The notes beneath the pieces are model-generated. The model saw only the letters and a list, made by a program, of their open reading frames with translations, made no database searches and had not been told where the DNA came from. A stretch of DNA of 64,000 nt. Source: Spirochaetota bacterium. Its GTDB lineage: Bacteria; Spirochaetota; UBA6919; CBDBPB01. A program made the translations under genes and the position numbers. The stretch is from positions 1 to 64,000 of the forward strand of contig CBDBPB010000007.1 in the NCBI GenBank assembly GCA_965208615.1, written 5' to 3'. Shown piece by piece: positions 1 through 10,396 of this stretch. Position 1 is the stretch's first letter, and each line of letters starts with the position of its first letter.

Positions 1-630
1 TATGAGCTATTAAAGCCAATAGAAGAGGGTATGGCTGATATGGTGGTTGCTAATAGATTAGATGATCATGATAAAAAGTCTTTTCCTCAGTTGCATAAAA
101 TAGGGAATAAGATGATTACTAAATTTATTAATCTTCTTTTTAGAGCTAAAGTTAAGGATATGCTATCGGGTTATAGGGCATTTACCAGGGCTTTTGTAAA
201 GACCATACCTATTATGTCTAAGGGGTTTGAAGTTGAGACTGAATTAACCCTTCAGGCTCTTGAGAAAAACTTTGTTATAAAAGAAATAACCTTGCCGTAT
301 AACGAAAGACCTGCTGGAAGTTATTCCAAATTAAGTACTTTTAAAGATGGTTTTAGGATACTTGTCAAAATAATCTTTATTTTTATTAATTATTATCCTT
401 TATTATTTTTTTCTGTATTGGGTATTATTTTTAATATAATAGGTTTGCTTGCTGGATCGGTTGTAGTTTATGACTACTTTGAAGACTATTATGTAAATAA
501 AGTTCCGACTGCTATTTTTGCAGTTGCATCATGTTTATTCGGTTTTCTTTTAATTAGCGTTGGTATTATTCTTTACGTTGTTAGCAACAAAATGAAAGAG
601 CTGGAAAGCATAATAAGAAAAATAAAATAA
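1..630 (+). CDS. Glycosyltransferase family 2 (polyprenol-phosphate mannosyltransferase-like), 5'-truncated by window edge
   Basis: Frame open from base 1; motifs DMVVANR, DMLSGYRAF, GFEVETELT, ERPAGSYSKL; two C-terminal TM helices. Confidence 0.85.
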   Translation, partial: YELLKPIEEGMADMVVANRLDDHDKKSFPQLHKIGNKMITKFINLLFRAKVKDMLSGYRAFTRAFVKTIPIMSKGFEVETELTLQALEKNFVIKEITLPYNERPAGSYSKLSTFKDGFRILVKIIFIFINYYPLLFFSVLGIIFNIIGLLAGSVVVYDYFEDYYVNKVPTAIFAVASCLFGFLLISVGIILYVVSNKMKELESIIRKIK

Positions 631-679
631 TCTATAATTCATTAGAGCGTTTAATAACGATAATGTTTATTATATTAGT

Positions 680-1963
680 CTAACGACTATAAAGATCTTC
701 TAACTTTAATAAATATGCTAAATCCCTTAAGGCTAATTTACTCTCTTTAGCTAAGATAGGGTTTTTTAAGTCCTCAATTCTAAGCTCATCACGATAATAA
801 AAATCTATCCAGCTTAGTAGTTCATTATATAAATTATGAGTTAATACAACCCCCTTATGGATGTTATCCAACTGATCCTCAGATATAACTATTCTTAAGC
901 GTAGGCAACCAGGTCCGCCACCATTAAGCATACTCCCTTTTAAATCAACATATACTATTCTCTTAAGATCAATGCTATTTCTTAGCCTGTTAAGTAGCTT
1001 ATCAATATATTTATTATCCTTACACTCATTGGGAAGTATTAAACATAGTTCTGAATTGGCATTATGGAATAGTTGTCCATTAAAGAAGTAGGTCTTAACA
1101 GCCATATCAATGGGTAGATCGGTATTACTAATCTCTATGATATTTAGATTTACGGTAGAGTTATCTTTTAGGTCAGCCAAAACTTTAGCCTGGTTAGCAA
1201 AAGCCATCTCATGGATAATTAAAATATTCAAGTGACTAAGAGCTATAACGTCGTTATGAAAAACTCCTTTGTCTATTACATCAGGATTTTGGCGTACCAA
1301 CAAACTATCTTTAACATTGTGATTATGGATAACCTCTTCTGATGCCTCTTTTGATTGACGTCCTACTGGCTTATCATTATCAGAACTATAACCGTATACA
1401 AAAACCTCAATTGCTTTTTGACCATGATCATTACAAAGCCTAAGATGATTAGCTGATCCCTCATCAGCAAATGACATCAGCGGTTTATGTATTATAATGC
1501 TGTCTGAGTGAAAGAGCTTTGTAAATAGACTATAGCTAAACTTAGGCTCTAATGAACGATGAAAGTTATTAACAAGATTAGCTATGGTTATATGGAGTTT
1601 ATTATCTTTGGTATCAGGGCTTGGGGATATGGTTGCACTATTGGCTGTCCACATATTAGATGAACTATAAACCGAAATAAGCTGGTCTAAACTGGCAGAC
1701 CTAATAATATCATTATGACTACCCTTTAAACCCATATTGTATAAGGCAGTCCAGTCTGGCCTTAGTATAGGAGGGATTATAACTTGTATAAGACCAAAGT
1801 CCATTATGGCTTTCATTTTATTAAGGCCTTGAATGGCAGTAGCCTTAGGGTAGGACAGCTCATATCTATGACTCTTTGAGGATATATTATCCATTGTCAA
1901 ACCACCATAATTATAATTTGGTCCAGCTAAGCCGTCGCAGTTTATCTCAATGAACTTATCCAT
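680..1963 (-). CDS. astB: N-succinylarginine dihydrolase
   Basis: EINCDGLAGPNYNYGGL, MWTANSAT, DEGSANH, GVFHNDVI, SMLNGGGPGCLRLR motifs; likely start is the ATG at 1963. Confidence 0.92.
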   Translation of the reverse strand: MDKFIEINCDGLAGPNYNYGGLTMDNISSKSHRYELSYPKATAIQGLNKMKAIMDFGLIQVIIPPILRPDWTALYNMGLKGSHNDIIRSASLDQLISVYSSSNMWTANSATISPSPDTKDNKLHITIANLVNNFHRSLEPKFSYSLFTKLFHSDSIIIHKPLMSFADEGSANHLRLCNDHGQKAIEVFVYGYSSDNDKPVGRQSKEASEEVIHNHNVKDSLLVRQNPDVIDKGVFHNDVIALSHLNILIIHEMAFANQAKVLADLKDNSTVNLNIIEISNTDLPIDMAVKTYFFNGQLFHNANSELCLILPNECKDNKYIDKLLNRLRNSIDLKRIVYVDLKGSMLNGGGPGCLRLRIVISEDQLDNIHKGVVLTHNLYNELLSWIDFYYRDELRIEDLKNPILAKESKLALRDLAYLLKLEDLYSR

Positions 1964-1978
1964 AAAATATATAACACT

Positions 1979-2014
1979 AAAAAAAAACAATGGACTAATC
2001 ACTTAGTCCATTGT
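1979..2014 (-). terminator. Rho-independent terminator
   Basis: Perfect 12-bp stem ACAATGGACTAA/TTAGTCCATTGT with 4-nt loop, running into a T tract on the minus strand, just after the LRR remnant stop codon. Confidence 0.75.
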
Positions 2015-2042
2015 AAAATATACCCTAACTTAAAAAATACAA

Positions 2043-2399
2043 CTAAGAGGTGGGTTTGGACCAAGTCAAAGTACGAATCTCACAACCTGTTGGTAATCCC
2101 TTTTTTAGTTTATCTATTATATTTTGTCTTTTCTTTACCTTCTCATCAAAAGTAAGACTAGAGTCAAGCCTAATGGCATTAAAAAGCTGAATATTTTATA
2201 GACCAAGCTCTTTCAAGTTTTTTAACTTTGCAAGAGCCATAGGGTTAAGATCTTTGTATTCAGCAATTTTACTATCAAATAAATTAAGCTTTTCCAGGTT
2301 TGTTAGTTCGCCTATATTATCTGGTAACGACTTTACATAAGTACGTGATATATTAAGGTTTTTCAACTTTGTTAACTTATTAATATTACCAGTGAGTTT
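2043..2399 (-). pseudogene. Leucine-rich repeat protein remnant (5'-truncated, internal stop)
   Basis: Manual translation KLTKLKNLNISRTYVKSLPDNIGELTNLEKLNLFD...LKNLKELGL*...KKGLPTGCEIR; TAA at 2196-2198; C-terminus resembles KGYLPTSCNISF of 5862..6401. Confidence 0.8.
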
Positions 2400-2427
2400 A
2401 CATTACTATTTTCTATTATAAGCTCTT

Positions 2428-3102
2428 TGTTACTAATTGTTTTAGTGGTGCAGATAAAAGGTATTATAAGGTAATTTATCTATCTAAAGCTTAAAAAATA
2501 GAGATTATCAAGTTATAGAAAGAGTTCTGATGAAAGTAAAAAAGGTTATGAAAGAGGTCTTTGACAATGGGGATAAATATAAACATGTAGGTTTAGATTT
2601 TGAGTTAGTGCAGGTAAGTATATTTATTTTTTTTGTTAATGTTAAGGGGATATTATTTAATAATTTAGTTATCATTTTATGATAGAGTTATGACTAGTCA
2701 TACAAGGTAAAAAGTTAAGACATATAACGTAAAGGCAGATAGATTTCAGATTTCTTTATGGAACAGTAAAGTTAAGATATTCATGAAAAAGTTATTTTCT
2801 TGTCTCAAGCAGGTTATCCCATTATGCTCTTTAAGTGCTGCTTAAATACTTCAGCAATGAACACAAGATATCACTTCTTATGCTATTAGTCATCACTACG
2901 AGAGCTATTAAGAATCCCTTACTGAGACTAAGAATTATGGACATTTATTAAGTGATAACGGATTCGCCGTTCCATAAAGGCTTAGAGCGGATTATTGCAA
3001 TATAATATATTGACTTTATATGTAAAACTTCAAAAAGTATACCTGATCCTCTATGAGTAAATAACAAATAAAAAAAATAATCTACTAAAACCCTTGTTAA
3101 CA
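2428..3102 (+). mobile_element. Dispersed non-coding repeat, copy 1 (MITE-like or decayed IS)
   Basis: Near-identical to 23746-24592 and to the reverse complement of 30178-31075; begins TGTTACTAATTGTTTTAGTGG, ends ...GTTAACA; flanks GCTCTT/GCTCTA could be a 6-bp target duplication. Confidence 0.75.
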
Positions 3103-3168
3103 GCTCTATCAATTTATACTTTTTAAATATAACATTAAATAAAAAAAACATTATATTATTTATTAGTA

Positions 3169-4617
3169 TTATCCAATACCTGGTGGTAGACTATCCAGAA
3201 TAGACTGCCTTGTTAAAACCGATGCCACAGGATAATTACAATAATCTACAGCAAAAAACCCACTGGGATGATGATTACCACTAATACCAATACCTCCAAA
3301 AGGTAATGATCCACTGGCACCCGTTGTTTGACGATTCCAATTAATAATACCAGCCCTTATAGATAAATAAAATCGCTTATATAAATCCTCGTTATCGCTA
3401 AGAAGTGATGCCGATAAACCGTACTTAGTATTATTAGCCTCTTCTATAGCCATATCAAAGTTCTTAACCACTGTCAACCTTAACATAGGACCAAAATACT
3501 CCTCATCCTCGCAGTCAATATTAGTAACGTCTATTAATCCAGGACTTAATAAATTATCAGGCCTAAGCTTTTTAATAGGAACTAAAACCTTTGAACCCTT
3601 ACTCACTAAAGAGTTTTGAACTTTTAAAATACTATTGGCTAACTTAATATTAATAAGTGGACCAATAAATGGCTCAGGTACATCATAAGGTAGGCCAACC
3701 CTAAGACCCTCTATGGCAGAACATAAACCATCTATAAACAAATTAAGATTATCACTATTTGGTATAATAAGTCGTCTAGCACAGGTACACCTCTGACCAG
3801 AACTTATATAAGCAGATAAAATAACTAACTTAATAGCCATGTCTATATTGCTATATTCATGAACTACAATAGGATTATTACCCCCCATCTCCAAAGCCAA
3901 TATCTTATTGGGACAATGAGAAAGATGTCTATTCAACATAATTCCAGCTCTAACACTGCCAGTAAATAATACACCGTCTACATCAGCATGACCCGATAAT
4001 AACCTAGCAGTATCAGCATTACCCTGGATAAGATTAATTACACCCTTTGGTAAACCTGTCTCATCCCAATACTCTATCATTTTTTGGCCAACCAATGGAC
4101 TATGCTCACTAGGCTTAAATATAACCGTATTACCAGACAATAAAGCAGGTATTATATGTCCATTGGGTAAGTGACACGGAAAGTTATATGGACCCAATAC
4201 AGCTAACACACCATGAGGCTTATATTTAGTAGTGAATATTATACCATTTTTATCTGTGGATACAGGTTTACAACGCTCCTCATAAGCTCTAACGGATAAG
4301 TCCAGCTTGGATATAACAGCTTTAACCTCTTCTTTTGCATCCCATAATAGTTTACCGGTTTCTAAGGATATTAACGATGATAATTCCTCAGCCTTATTAG
4401 CCACTATATCCCTAAATCTATATAAATAAACCAAACGCTCCTTAAAACCAATGGAATACCATTCTATAAAAGCCCTCTTAGCCGACTCTACAGCAGTATT
4501 AATCATTAATTCATCAGCTGTATATAGTTCGGCTAATAAGTCCCCATTAGACGGATTCATAGACTTTATAATATGTCCCTTGCCAGTTAACCATTTAGCA
4601 TTTATATAGTTATTCAT
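3169..4617 (-). CDS. astD: Succinylglutamate-semialdehyde dehydrogenase
   Basis: ALDH motifs GPYNFPCHLPNGHIIPAL, FTGS, ALEMGGNNP, SSGQRCTCARR; lies between astA and astB. Confidence 0.92.
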   Translation of the reverse strand: MNNYINAKWLTGKGHIIKSMNPSNGDLLAELYTADELMINTAVESAKRAFIEWYSIGFKERLVYLYRFRDIVANKAEELSSLISLETGKLLWDAKEEVKAVISKLDLSVRAYEERCKPVSTDKNGIIFTTKYKPHGVLAVLGPYNFPCHLPNGHIIPALLSGNTVIFKPSEHSPLVGQKMIEYWDETGLPKGVINLIQGNADTARLLSGHADVDGVLFTGSVRAGIMLNRHLSHCPNKILALEMGGNNPIVVHEYSNIDMAIKLVILSAYISSGQRCTCARRLIIPNSDNLNLFIDGLCSAIEGLRVGLPYDVPEPFIGPLINIKLANSILKVQNSLVSKGSKVLVPIKKLRPDNLLSPGLIDVTNIDCEDEEYFGPMLRLTVVKNFDMAIEEANNTKYGLSASLLSDNEDLYKRFYLSIRAGIINWNRQTTGASGSLPFGGIGISGNHHPSGFFAVDYCNYPVASVLTRQSILDSLPPGIG

Positions 4618-4624
4618 AGTACCC

Positions 4625-5632
4625 TCACAAAGCTAAACAACGACAACTATCCCCAACTTTTAAGCCTAAAACCTCAGCTGACTTATTATCAACTTGAACA
4701 CCAGTACTAACTTTGTTAAATAAACCAATTAATGCCCTACAACTCCGATTAGTGGTCATAATAATCCCTTTGGAATGATGGGATAACTCACCAATATCAC
4801 AAACCTTATCCCTAAAACTATTTTTAACAGAACTTATATTATCCACCTGACAGCTTATTAATGGTCCCCCTTCAAAAATATCCACCATTCCAGTTAGGTT
4901 AAACCCCTCTTTCTTTAAAATAGCTAAAGCCGGCTTGGTATTAGGATGCACCTTATTAATTACATTTTTTGCCTCTCTGGTTAGTATATCAACATATATG
5001 GGATATTTAGGCATTAACTCCGCTATAAACCCTTTGTCAACCACGCTTAAATAGTCAGCTATTATATAATCCATATTGAAGAAGTGTCTTCCTATGGCAT
5101 CCCAAAATGGAGAGTTACCATATTCATCCAAATAGCCCCTCATTTCGGCTATAACCTTATCCTCAAACCATGATCTATGCTCCGCTATATATAAAAACCT
5201 AAATAGGGATAATAGTTTTCCATATTGTCCTTTTCGATAGTCAGGATGTAAAAATAGGCTTCCGATTTCTGTTGGACCATCATGCTCTTCAACTAAAGTT
5301 AATATTTTATGCTGTCCGGTTATATTAAGCTTTTTTGAATGGTGAGTCTTAACTTTTATTTTATAGGTATAAAAGGGCTTAAACCCTCCGACCTTGGATA
5401 TAATAGCACTACATCCAACTAATTTTTTTGAATTAACATCCTCAAGCCCAAAAAAATATAGCTCTCCTTTTGGCATATTGGATTCAATAGCAAAAGTCTG
5501 CTGTGTAAAACTAAGCCTATCCCTTAATATATTTTTATCCTTTGGTAAAGTAGTTATGCCATGCTTAGTAAGATTAGCTAAGTTATATAAATTATCCAGA
5601 TCCTCAACCACAAGAGGCCTTAATATTAACAT
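4625..5632 (-). CDS. astA: Arginine N-succinyltransferase
   Basis: GITTLP, TEIGSLFLHPDYR, IAEMRG, SPFWDAIGRHFF, MVDIFEGGP motifs. Confidence 0.92.
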   Translation of the reverse strand: MLILRPLVVEDLDNLYNLANLTKHGITTLPKDKNILRDRLSFTQQTFAIESNMPKGELYFFGLEDVNSKKLVGCSAIISKVGGFKPFYTYKIKVKTHHSKKLNITGQHKILTLVEEHDGPTEIGSLFLHPDYRKGQYGKLLSLFRFLYIAEHRSWFEDKVIAEMRGYLDEYGNSPFWDAIGRHFFNMDYIIADYLSVVDKGFIAELMPKYPIYVDILTREAKNVINKVHPNTKPALAILKKEGFNLTGMVDIFEGGPLISCQVDNISSVKNSFRDKVCDIGELSHHSKGIIMTTNRSCRALIGLFNKVSTGVQVDNKSAEVLGLKVGDSCRCLAL

Positions 5633-5757
5633 AAACTATCCTAAAAGTTAGACTAGATAAACTTATCTAAAAAAATAATACATAAAAGACTTAAGGGAAA
5701 CCTAGTTATTTATATATGCTACTTTCCTAAAAACTAGATAAACTAATCCTAATAAAC

Positions 5758-5791
5758 AAAAAAGCAAGATAAGACATTGTCCTATCTTGCT
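5758..5791 (-). terminator. Rho-independent terminator after the LRR lipoprotein gene
   Basis: Stem AGCAAGATAGGAC/GTCTTATCTTGCT followed by T run on the minus strand. Confidence 0.65.
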
Positions 5792-5861
5792 AAGTTTTAA
5801 AAATACAGTCTAAAAAAGACTTATATATCAATTAAAGTTTTTCTTTAACTTAACTTTTGGC

Positions 5862-6912
5862 CTAAAAACTAATATTACAGCTTGTAGGTAAGTATCCTTT
5901 TGACTTAAGGTTAATTATCCTATCTTTCTCTTTTTTAGGAAAAGGATTAACACCCAAATGAAGAATCTCTAAACTAGGAAAATGTTTGACAATTTCACCA
6001 TTAGTACTTTCTTTTATTGGTAAGCTCTTTAGGTTATTATTAGATAGGCTAAGAGTAGTTAATTTTTGTAGATTACCATTACCAATATTACTTGGTAGGC
6101 TACTTATTTTAGTGCCAGTATTGCTAATACTATGTCCCATAAAAAGTTTTTCTAAGTTAGTCAATTCAAGTATTACTTCTGGAAGGCTTGTAAACCAATT
6201 ATCTGTTAAATCAAGCGTTTTCAAGTTTGCTAGGTTTTTAAGACTTTCTGGCAACTTTTGTAAAGGATTCCTTCCTAAATGAAGTTCTTCCAAGTTTGTT
6301 AAATAAGTGATCGTAGTAATGTCTTTTATATGATTACTTGTTAAAGAAAGACTTTTCAAGTTTGTTAGCTTTTTAAGACCCTCTGGCAAGTTAACAATCA
6401 TGTTATTACTTAATGTTAAAGTTTTAAGATTTTTTAACTTTGCTAAAGCATCAAAAAAAACCTTCAGGGAATACTAAGTCATCATTATAATGTACAACGC
6501 GATCTAAATAAAGCTCTTCCAAGTTTGGATGGGCTTCAAAGTATTTTATAAATAATTTAAGTCTTTCCTTTATTTTACTTAGTCTTTCGGTTTTACCAGT
6601 TATTTCAGTAATTAACTTTTTACCATCTTGACCCACCGTTACTTTTTTATCTAATCTCCCTTTAAAAGTAAGCTTTTTCTCATTAGCGGTAACTTTATTA
6701 GGATCCTTATCAAGATTCAACTCATTTATAGCTTTTTTTGCAGCTTCTTTTTTCTTGGCTGTAGGATCATTTTGACCATTTTGACCATTTTGACCATTTT
6801 GATCATCTTGACCATTTCCATTAAGCTTACCAGCAATACTATTGCTATCAGTATCGCATCCTACTAGTGTAAACAGCACAAAAATAGTTGTAATAATTAA
6901 TAGTTTTTTCAT
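5862..6912 (-). pseudogene. LRR lipoprotein split by a +1 frameshift (pseudogene, phase-variable gene or sequencing error)
   Basis: Signal peptide with lipobox LVGC and QNG repeats in 6451..6912; LRRs in 5862..6401; removing one T from the T8 at 6453-6460 gives continuous EGFFDALAKLKNLKTLTLSNNMIVNLPEG. Confidence 0.85.
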
Positions 6913-7014
6913 AAAACCTCCAGTTTAATTTATAATGTTATTAAGTAACACTATAATACAAAAAAGCCAAAAAACTATAAAATTAAAAAAGATTATTTTT
7001 TTTTTAGGATGATT

Positions 7015-7042
7015 TTAGGTTAGGTTAGGTTAGGTTAGGTTA
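7015..7042 (+). repeat. (TTAGG)5 microsatellite
   Basis: Five perfect TTAGG units plus TTA, ~100 bp upstream of the LRR lipoprotein start. Confidence 0.95.
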
Positions 7043-7069
7043 TGCTGTAGTAAAGGATTTCACTTAAAG

Positions 7070-8782
7070 CTAATCCCAATAAATAACTTTAAGTTTATCA
7101 TCTTCTTTAAAGGTTATGTTATAGTTAAGTTTTTCCTCTATTTTTTTTATTGAGTTTTTAATTCTAACAGTTATTCCAGGAAAAACTCCATCGTGTATTT
7201 TTATGGTTGGAGGAGTAGCAAAATCAATAGCTGTTTTAAGCTTTTCGAGTTCCACTTTAAGCTTGACTATATTGTTATTAATGTTTTTTATATTTTTTAA
7301 CATGGATAAAAACTGTTTTTTTCTATTAGCGGGCAAACCCTCTATTAGTCTTTTCACATCACTTAGAGCATTTTCTCCAAAATATACTGTAATTTGTCCA
7401 ATTATGCTTTTTAGCTTTAAAATATGCTGGTTTATAGCGTCAGTTAACTTATTAATACTTTCTTCGGTTTTTACATCTTTTCCAACAACTAAAACAGTTT
7501 TTGCTCCAGAAGCCCCCCCTAGTACTCCCGCCTCAAGTCCCATTAATCCAGTAATCTCACCACCGACAATATGACCTGTTACTTTAACATGTCCTCTGGC
7601 AAAACATTTGCCTTGAACTATAGACTCACTAACAATAATATCTTTATTAGCAGTAATATCAGCATTTTGTATAAATCGTACATTAATATTACCACCGGCA
7701 TAAACTTTACAAGACTCCTTACCTAATATACCATTTTCTACAGTGATACTTCCATCAGTTTTAACAGAGGCATCTTCTATGTTGCCGTGGATAACGATAT
7801 CCTTAGTACCATTTAGCTCAAAGCCTGGTTGAACATTACCTCCAACTTCTATAAAGCCAGTAAAATGTATATTACCGATGGATAGATCAACGTCTCCGTC
7901 TATAGTAAGTTTTTCTTCAACGCTTACAACGCCATTTTCGTCAATATTGATAATCCCGTTAGTTGAGGATATATAAATATTTGATCCTTCTTCTTTAGGG
8001 ACTATAGCATTGCCTATCTTATAAAGGTTGTTACCAGTCATATTACCTTTTATAGTTTTACCAAATATGTCCATTCCATCTTTTGGTAGAGTTTTAGGCA
8101 TTCTTTCTATGATAACCTCTCCTTTATTTATTTTATTAAAAAGGGATTTTTCTTTATAATTTATACGTCCGTTTTCTAGTTCTTTTCCGACTGACTTTTT
8201 AAATACTTTTTTTAGTTCTAATATTTCTACAATACCGTCTATTGGTTTTACTCCCTCTGCAATTAATATTTTAACTCCAAGTTTAGTTTTATCGGCTTTA
8301 ATTTTATCGATTTCCTGTTCGATTATATTTTCATCAACACTTTTTGTAATATTGTTATCCTTAAGTATTTTTTTGACTTCGGCTATTGTAGGAAACTCCT
8401 TTTTTATTGTTGGATAAATATAAAGGTAACCTTCTAGATAGTTATTTTCTATTTCGAAAAGGGATAATATATTAAATTTATTATCTTTTAGAATAGCAAA
8501 TCCATATAACTTTGATATAAACTCTTTTGTCTTACCATTATATTGAACGGTTTCACTGGAATAAGATGAAGGAGCAGAAGTAAATTCTTCTATATTAGGA
8601 TCTTTTTCGTCGTATTCTGGATCATCTACTCCAATAATTTTAGCAATAACACTTCCTTCTCCAACAACGTTACTACTAGAGGTCAATATTCTATTTTCCT
8701 TAGTAGGTTTTGTATTGATGAAAGTTTCTTTGGTAAATTTATCAATGTAATAAATAATCTTAAGTACTTCAGGTTCACTCAT
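7070..8782 (-). CDS. FapA/DUF342 family flagellar assembly protein
   Basis: IAEGVKPIDG, GRINYKE, DGMDIFGK, DGDVDLSIGNIHF motifs, beta-helical middle and coiled-coil C-terminus. Confidence 0.85.
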   Translation of the reverse strand: MSEPEVLKIIYYIDKFTKETFINTKPTKENRILTSSSNVVGEGSVIAKIIGVDDPEYDEKDPNIEEFTSAPSSYSSETVQYNGKTKEFISKLYGFAILKDNKFNILSLFEIENNYLEGYLYIYPTIKKEFPTIAEVKKILKDNNITKSVDENIIEQEIDKIKADKTKLGVKILIAEGVKPIDGIVEILELKKVFKKSVGKELENGRINYKEKSLFNKINKGEVIIERMPKTLPKDGMDIFGKTIKGNMTGNNLYKIGNAIVPKEEGSNIYISSTNGIINIDENGVVSVEEKLTIDGDVDLSIGNIHFTGFIEVGGNVQPGFELNGTKDIVIHGNIEDASVKTDGSITVENGILGKESCKVYAGGNINVRFIQNADITANKDIIVSESIVQGKCFARGHVKVTGHIVGGEITGLMGLEAGVLGGASGAKTVLVVGKDVKTEESINKLTDAINQHILKLKSIIGQITVYFGENALSDVKRLIEGLPANRKKQFLSMLKNIKNINNNIVKLKVELEKLKTAIDFATPPTIKIHDGVFPGITVRIKNSIKKIEEKLNYNITFKEDDKLKVIYWD

Positions 8783-9047
8783 AACAAATGACCACGTTAA
8801 TATAATTTATGATTATAAAGTGGTAAAATTAAACAAAATATTACCTACAAATTAATTTAACACATGATGGATAATAAAAACACTTTCTTTAATTAAAAGA
8901 ATACCAAACTATAAATAAACTAACAGAATAGAAAGCTATAAATAGGGATATTTAAGTTGCTAATAACTTATATTTTTCTAAGCTTAGCAATATTGGATAG
9001 TTAATCGAGTATTATATTTTTTGTTTTAGAGGAATATAGTATTTTAA

Positions 9048-10076
9048 TTATGTAATAGTATTTTTATATGGATCAAAGGTATTGTTTTCAACCACCTTAT
9101 TAATTTTAACTGCCATTTTTTTATCGTATGTACCAGGCCAACAATAGAATTTATCTTTTTTAGAGGCTTTTAGAATAATTGGATTAGTTAGCTTAGAGTC
9201 TTCTAGTTTAATTATATCGCCTTTTTGGAGGGATATTACATCTCTCATTCTAATATCAATATTTCCTATTTCTGCAATTAGTTCGACATCTGCTGAATAA
9301 ATGGAATCTTTTAGTATATGATAGCTATCTTTAGTTAATTCTTTTTTTACATTAGAATACCAATACTGCGCACTAAGCTTTGATGTAACTGGTTCAATTG
9401 TTATATAGGGAATACAAAAGTTAATTATTCCTTCAATATCACCGAGTTTAGTCTCCATTGTTATAAGTAGTACCATATCATTTGGATGAACTACCTGAGC
9501 AAACTGTGGGTTAGACTCTATTCTCTGAAGGCTTAATCTGAGGTCTACTACGCTAGACCAGGCTTCTCTAAGGTTTGCCAATATTTTAATAACAATAGCC
9601 TCTATAACCGAGGTCTCTATATCAGTAAGCTCACGATTAACTACACTACCTTCTCCTACACCGCCAAACAGCCTATCTATCATAGTGAAAGTGATCATTG
9701 GATCCATTTCAAGAATACCACTTCCTTTTAGGGGAGTCATATTTATTATGCAAAAGGTAGTGGGAGAGGGAATAGACCGAGTAAACTCTTCATAAGTTAA
9801 CTGATCTACTGATACAACCCTTATTTGAACAAACTTTCTTAAAAGAGCAGATAAAGAAGTAGTTGTTAGACGGGCAAAACCTTCATAAAGCATTTCTAGT
9901 GTATTTATCTGATCTTTGGAGAACTTATCAGGTCTCTTAAAATCATATAGCTTTATACGATCATGGTCTTTACTGTTTAGGTTGTCTATGAATACTTCTT
10001 TATTATATTTGTTTTCTAAATCCATTAATGGGTTTAATAGGTTATCTACTTCTTCTTGAGATAACATCTCAGTCAT
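9048..10076 (-). CDS. fliM: Flagellar motor switch protein FliM
   Basis: MLSQEEVDNLL, YDFKRPDKFSKDQ, VDQLTYEEF, ESNPQFAQVV, CIPYITIEP. Confidence 0.95.
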   Translation of the reverse strand: MTEMLSQEEVDNLLNPLMDLENKYNKEVFIDNLNSKDHDRIKLYDFKRPDKFSKDQINTLEMLYEGFARLTTTSLSALLRKFVQIRVVSVDQLTYEEFTRSIPSPTTFCIINMTPLKGSGILEMDPMITFTMIDRLFGGVGEGSVVNRELTDIETSVIEAIVIKILANLREAWSSVVDLRLSLQRIESNPQFAQVVHPNDMVLLITMETKLGDIEGIINFCIPYITIEPVTSKLSAQYWYSNVKKELTKDSYHILKDSIYSADVELIAEIGNIDIRMRDVISLQKGDIIKLEDSKLTNPIILKASKKDKFYCWPGTYDKKMAVKINKVVENNTFDPYKNTIT

Positions 10077-10396
10077 ATATTTACCTTGCTATTTAAGCCT
10101 TAATCTATAATACGAGAATACAACATATTCTTGTTTGGGTGATTAGTAAATCAGATATTTTAGGTGCTAAATATAATTAAAACTAATAAATTAGACTAAA
10201 ACTTATTAATAAAATATTATGAATTCATAAAAAAAAACTTAATTTTATAAAAAAGCTATCGATCATCTTAAATTTAACTTTATTTATATAAAAAACAAAA
10301 GTAATATTATAATTTGCTATAACTTTTTTATAACCTAATGGATTTTACTTGTTATATTTATCTTATAGATAAATAGTTATATAAATTGGGTGTGTT

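Noticed and set aside
2948-3151. 67-aa ORF in repeat copy 1 (and 46971..47171)
   Set aside because: Starts or ends outside the element and is not preserved as an ORF in the other copies
7015-7042. Host telomeric (TTAGG) contamination
   Set aside because: Only five units, embedded in a normal bacterial intergenic region
10256-10282. Sigma28-like promoter upstream of fliM (TAAA-N15-ATCGATAG, minus strand)
   Set aside because: Only 5/8 match at -10 in very AT-rich DNA; too weak to call
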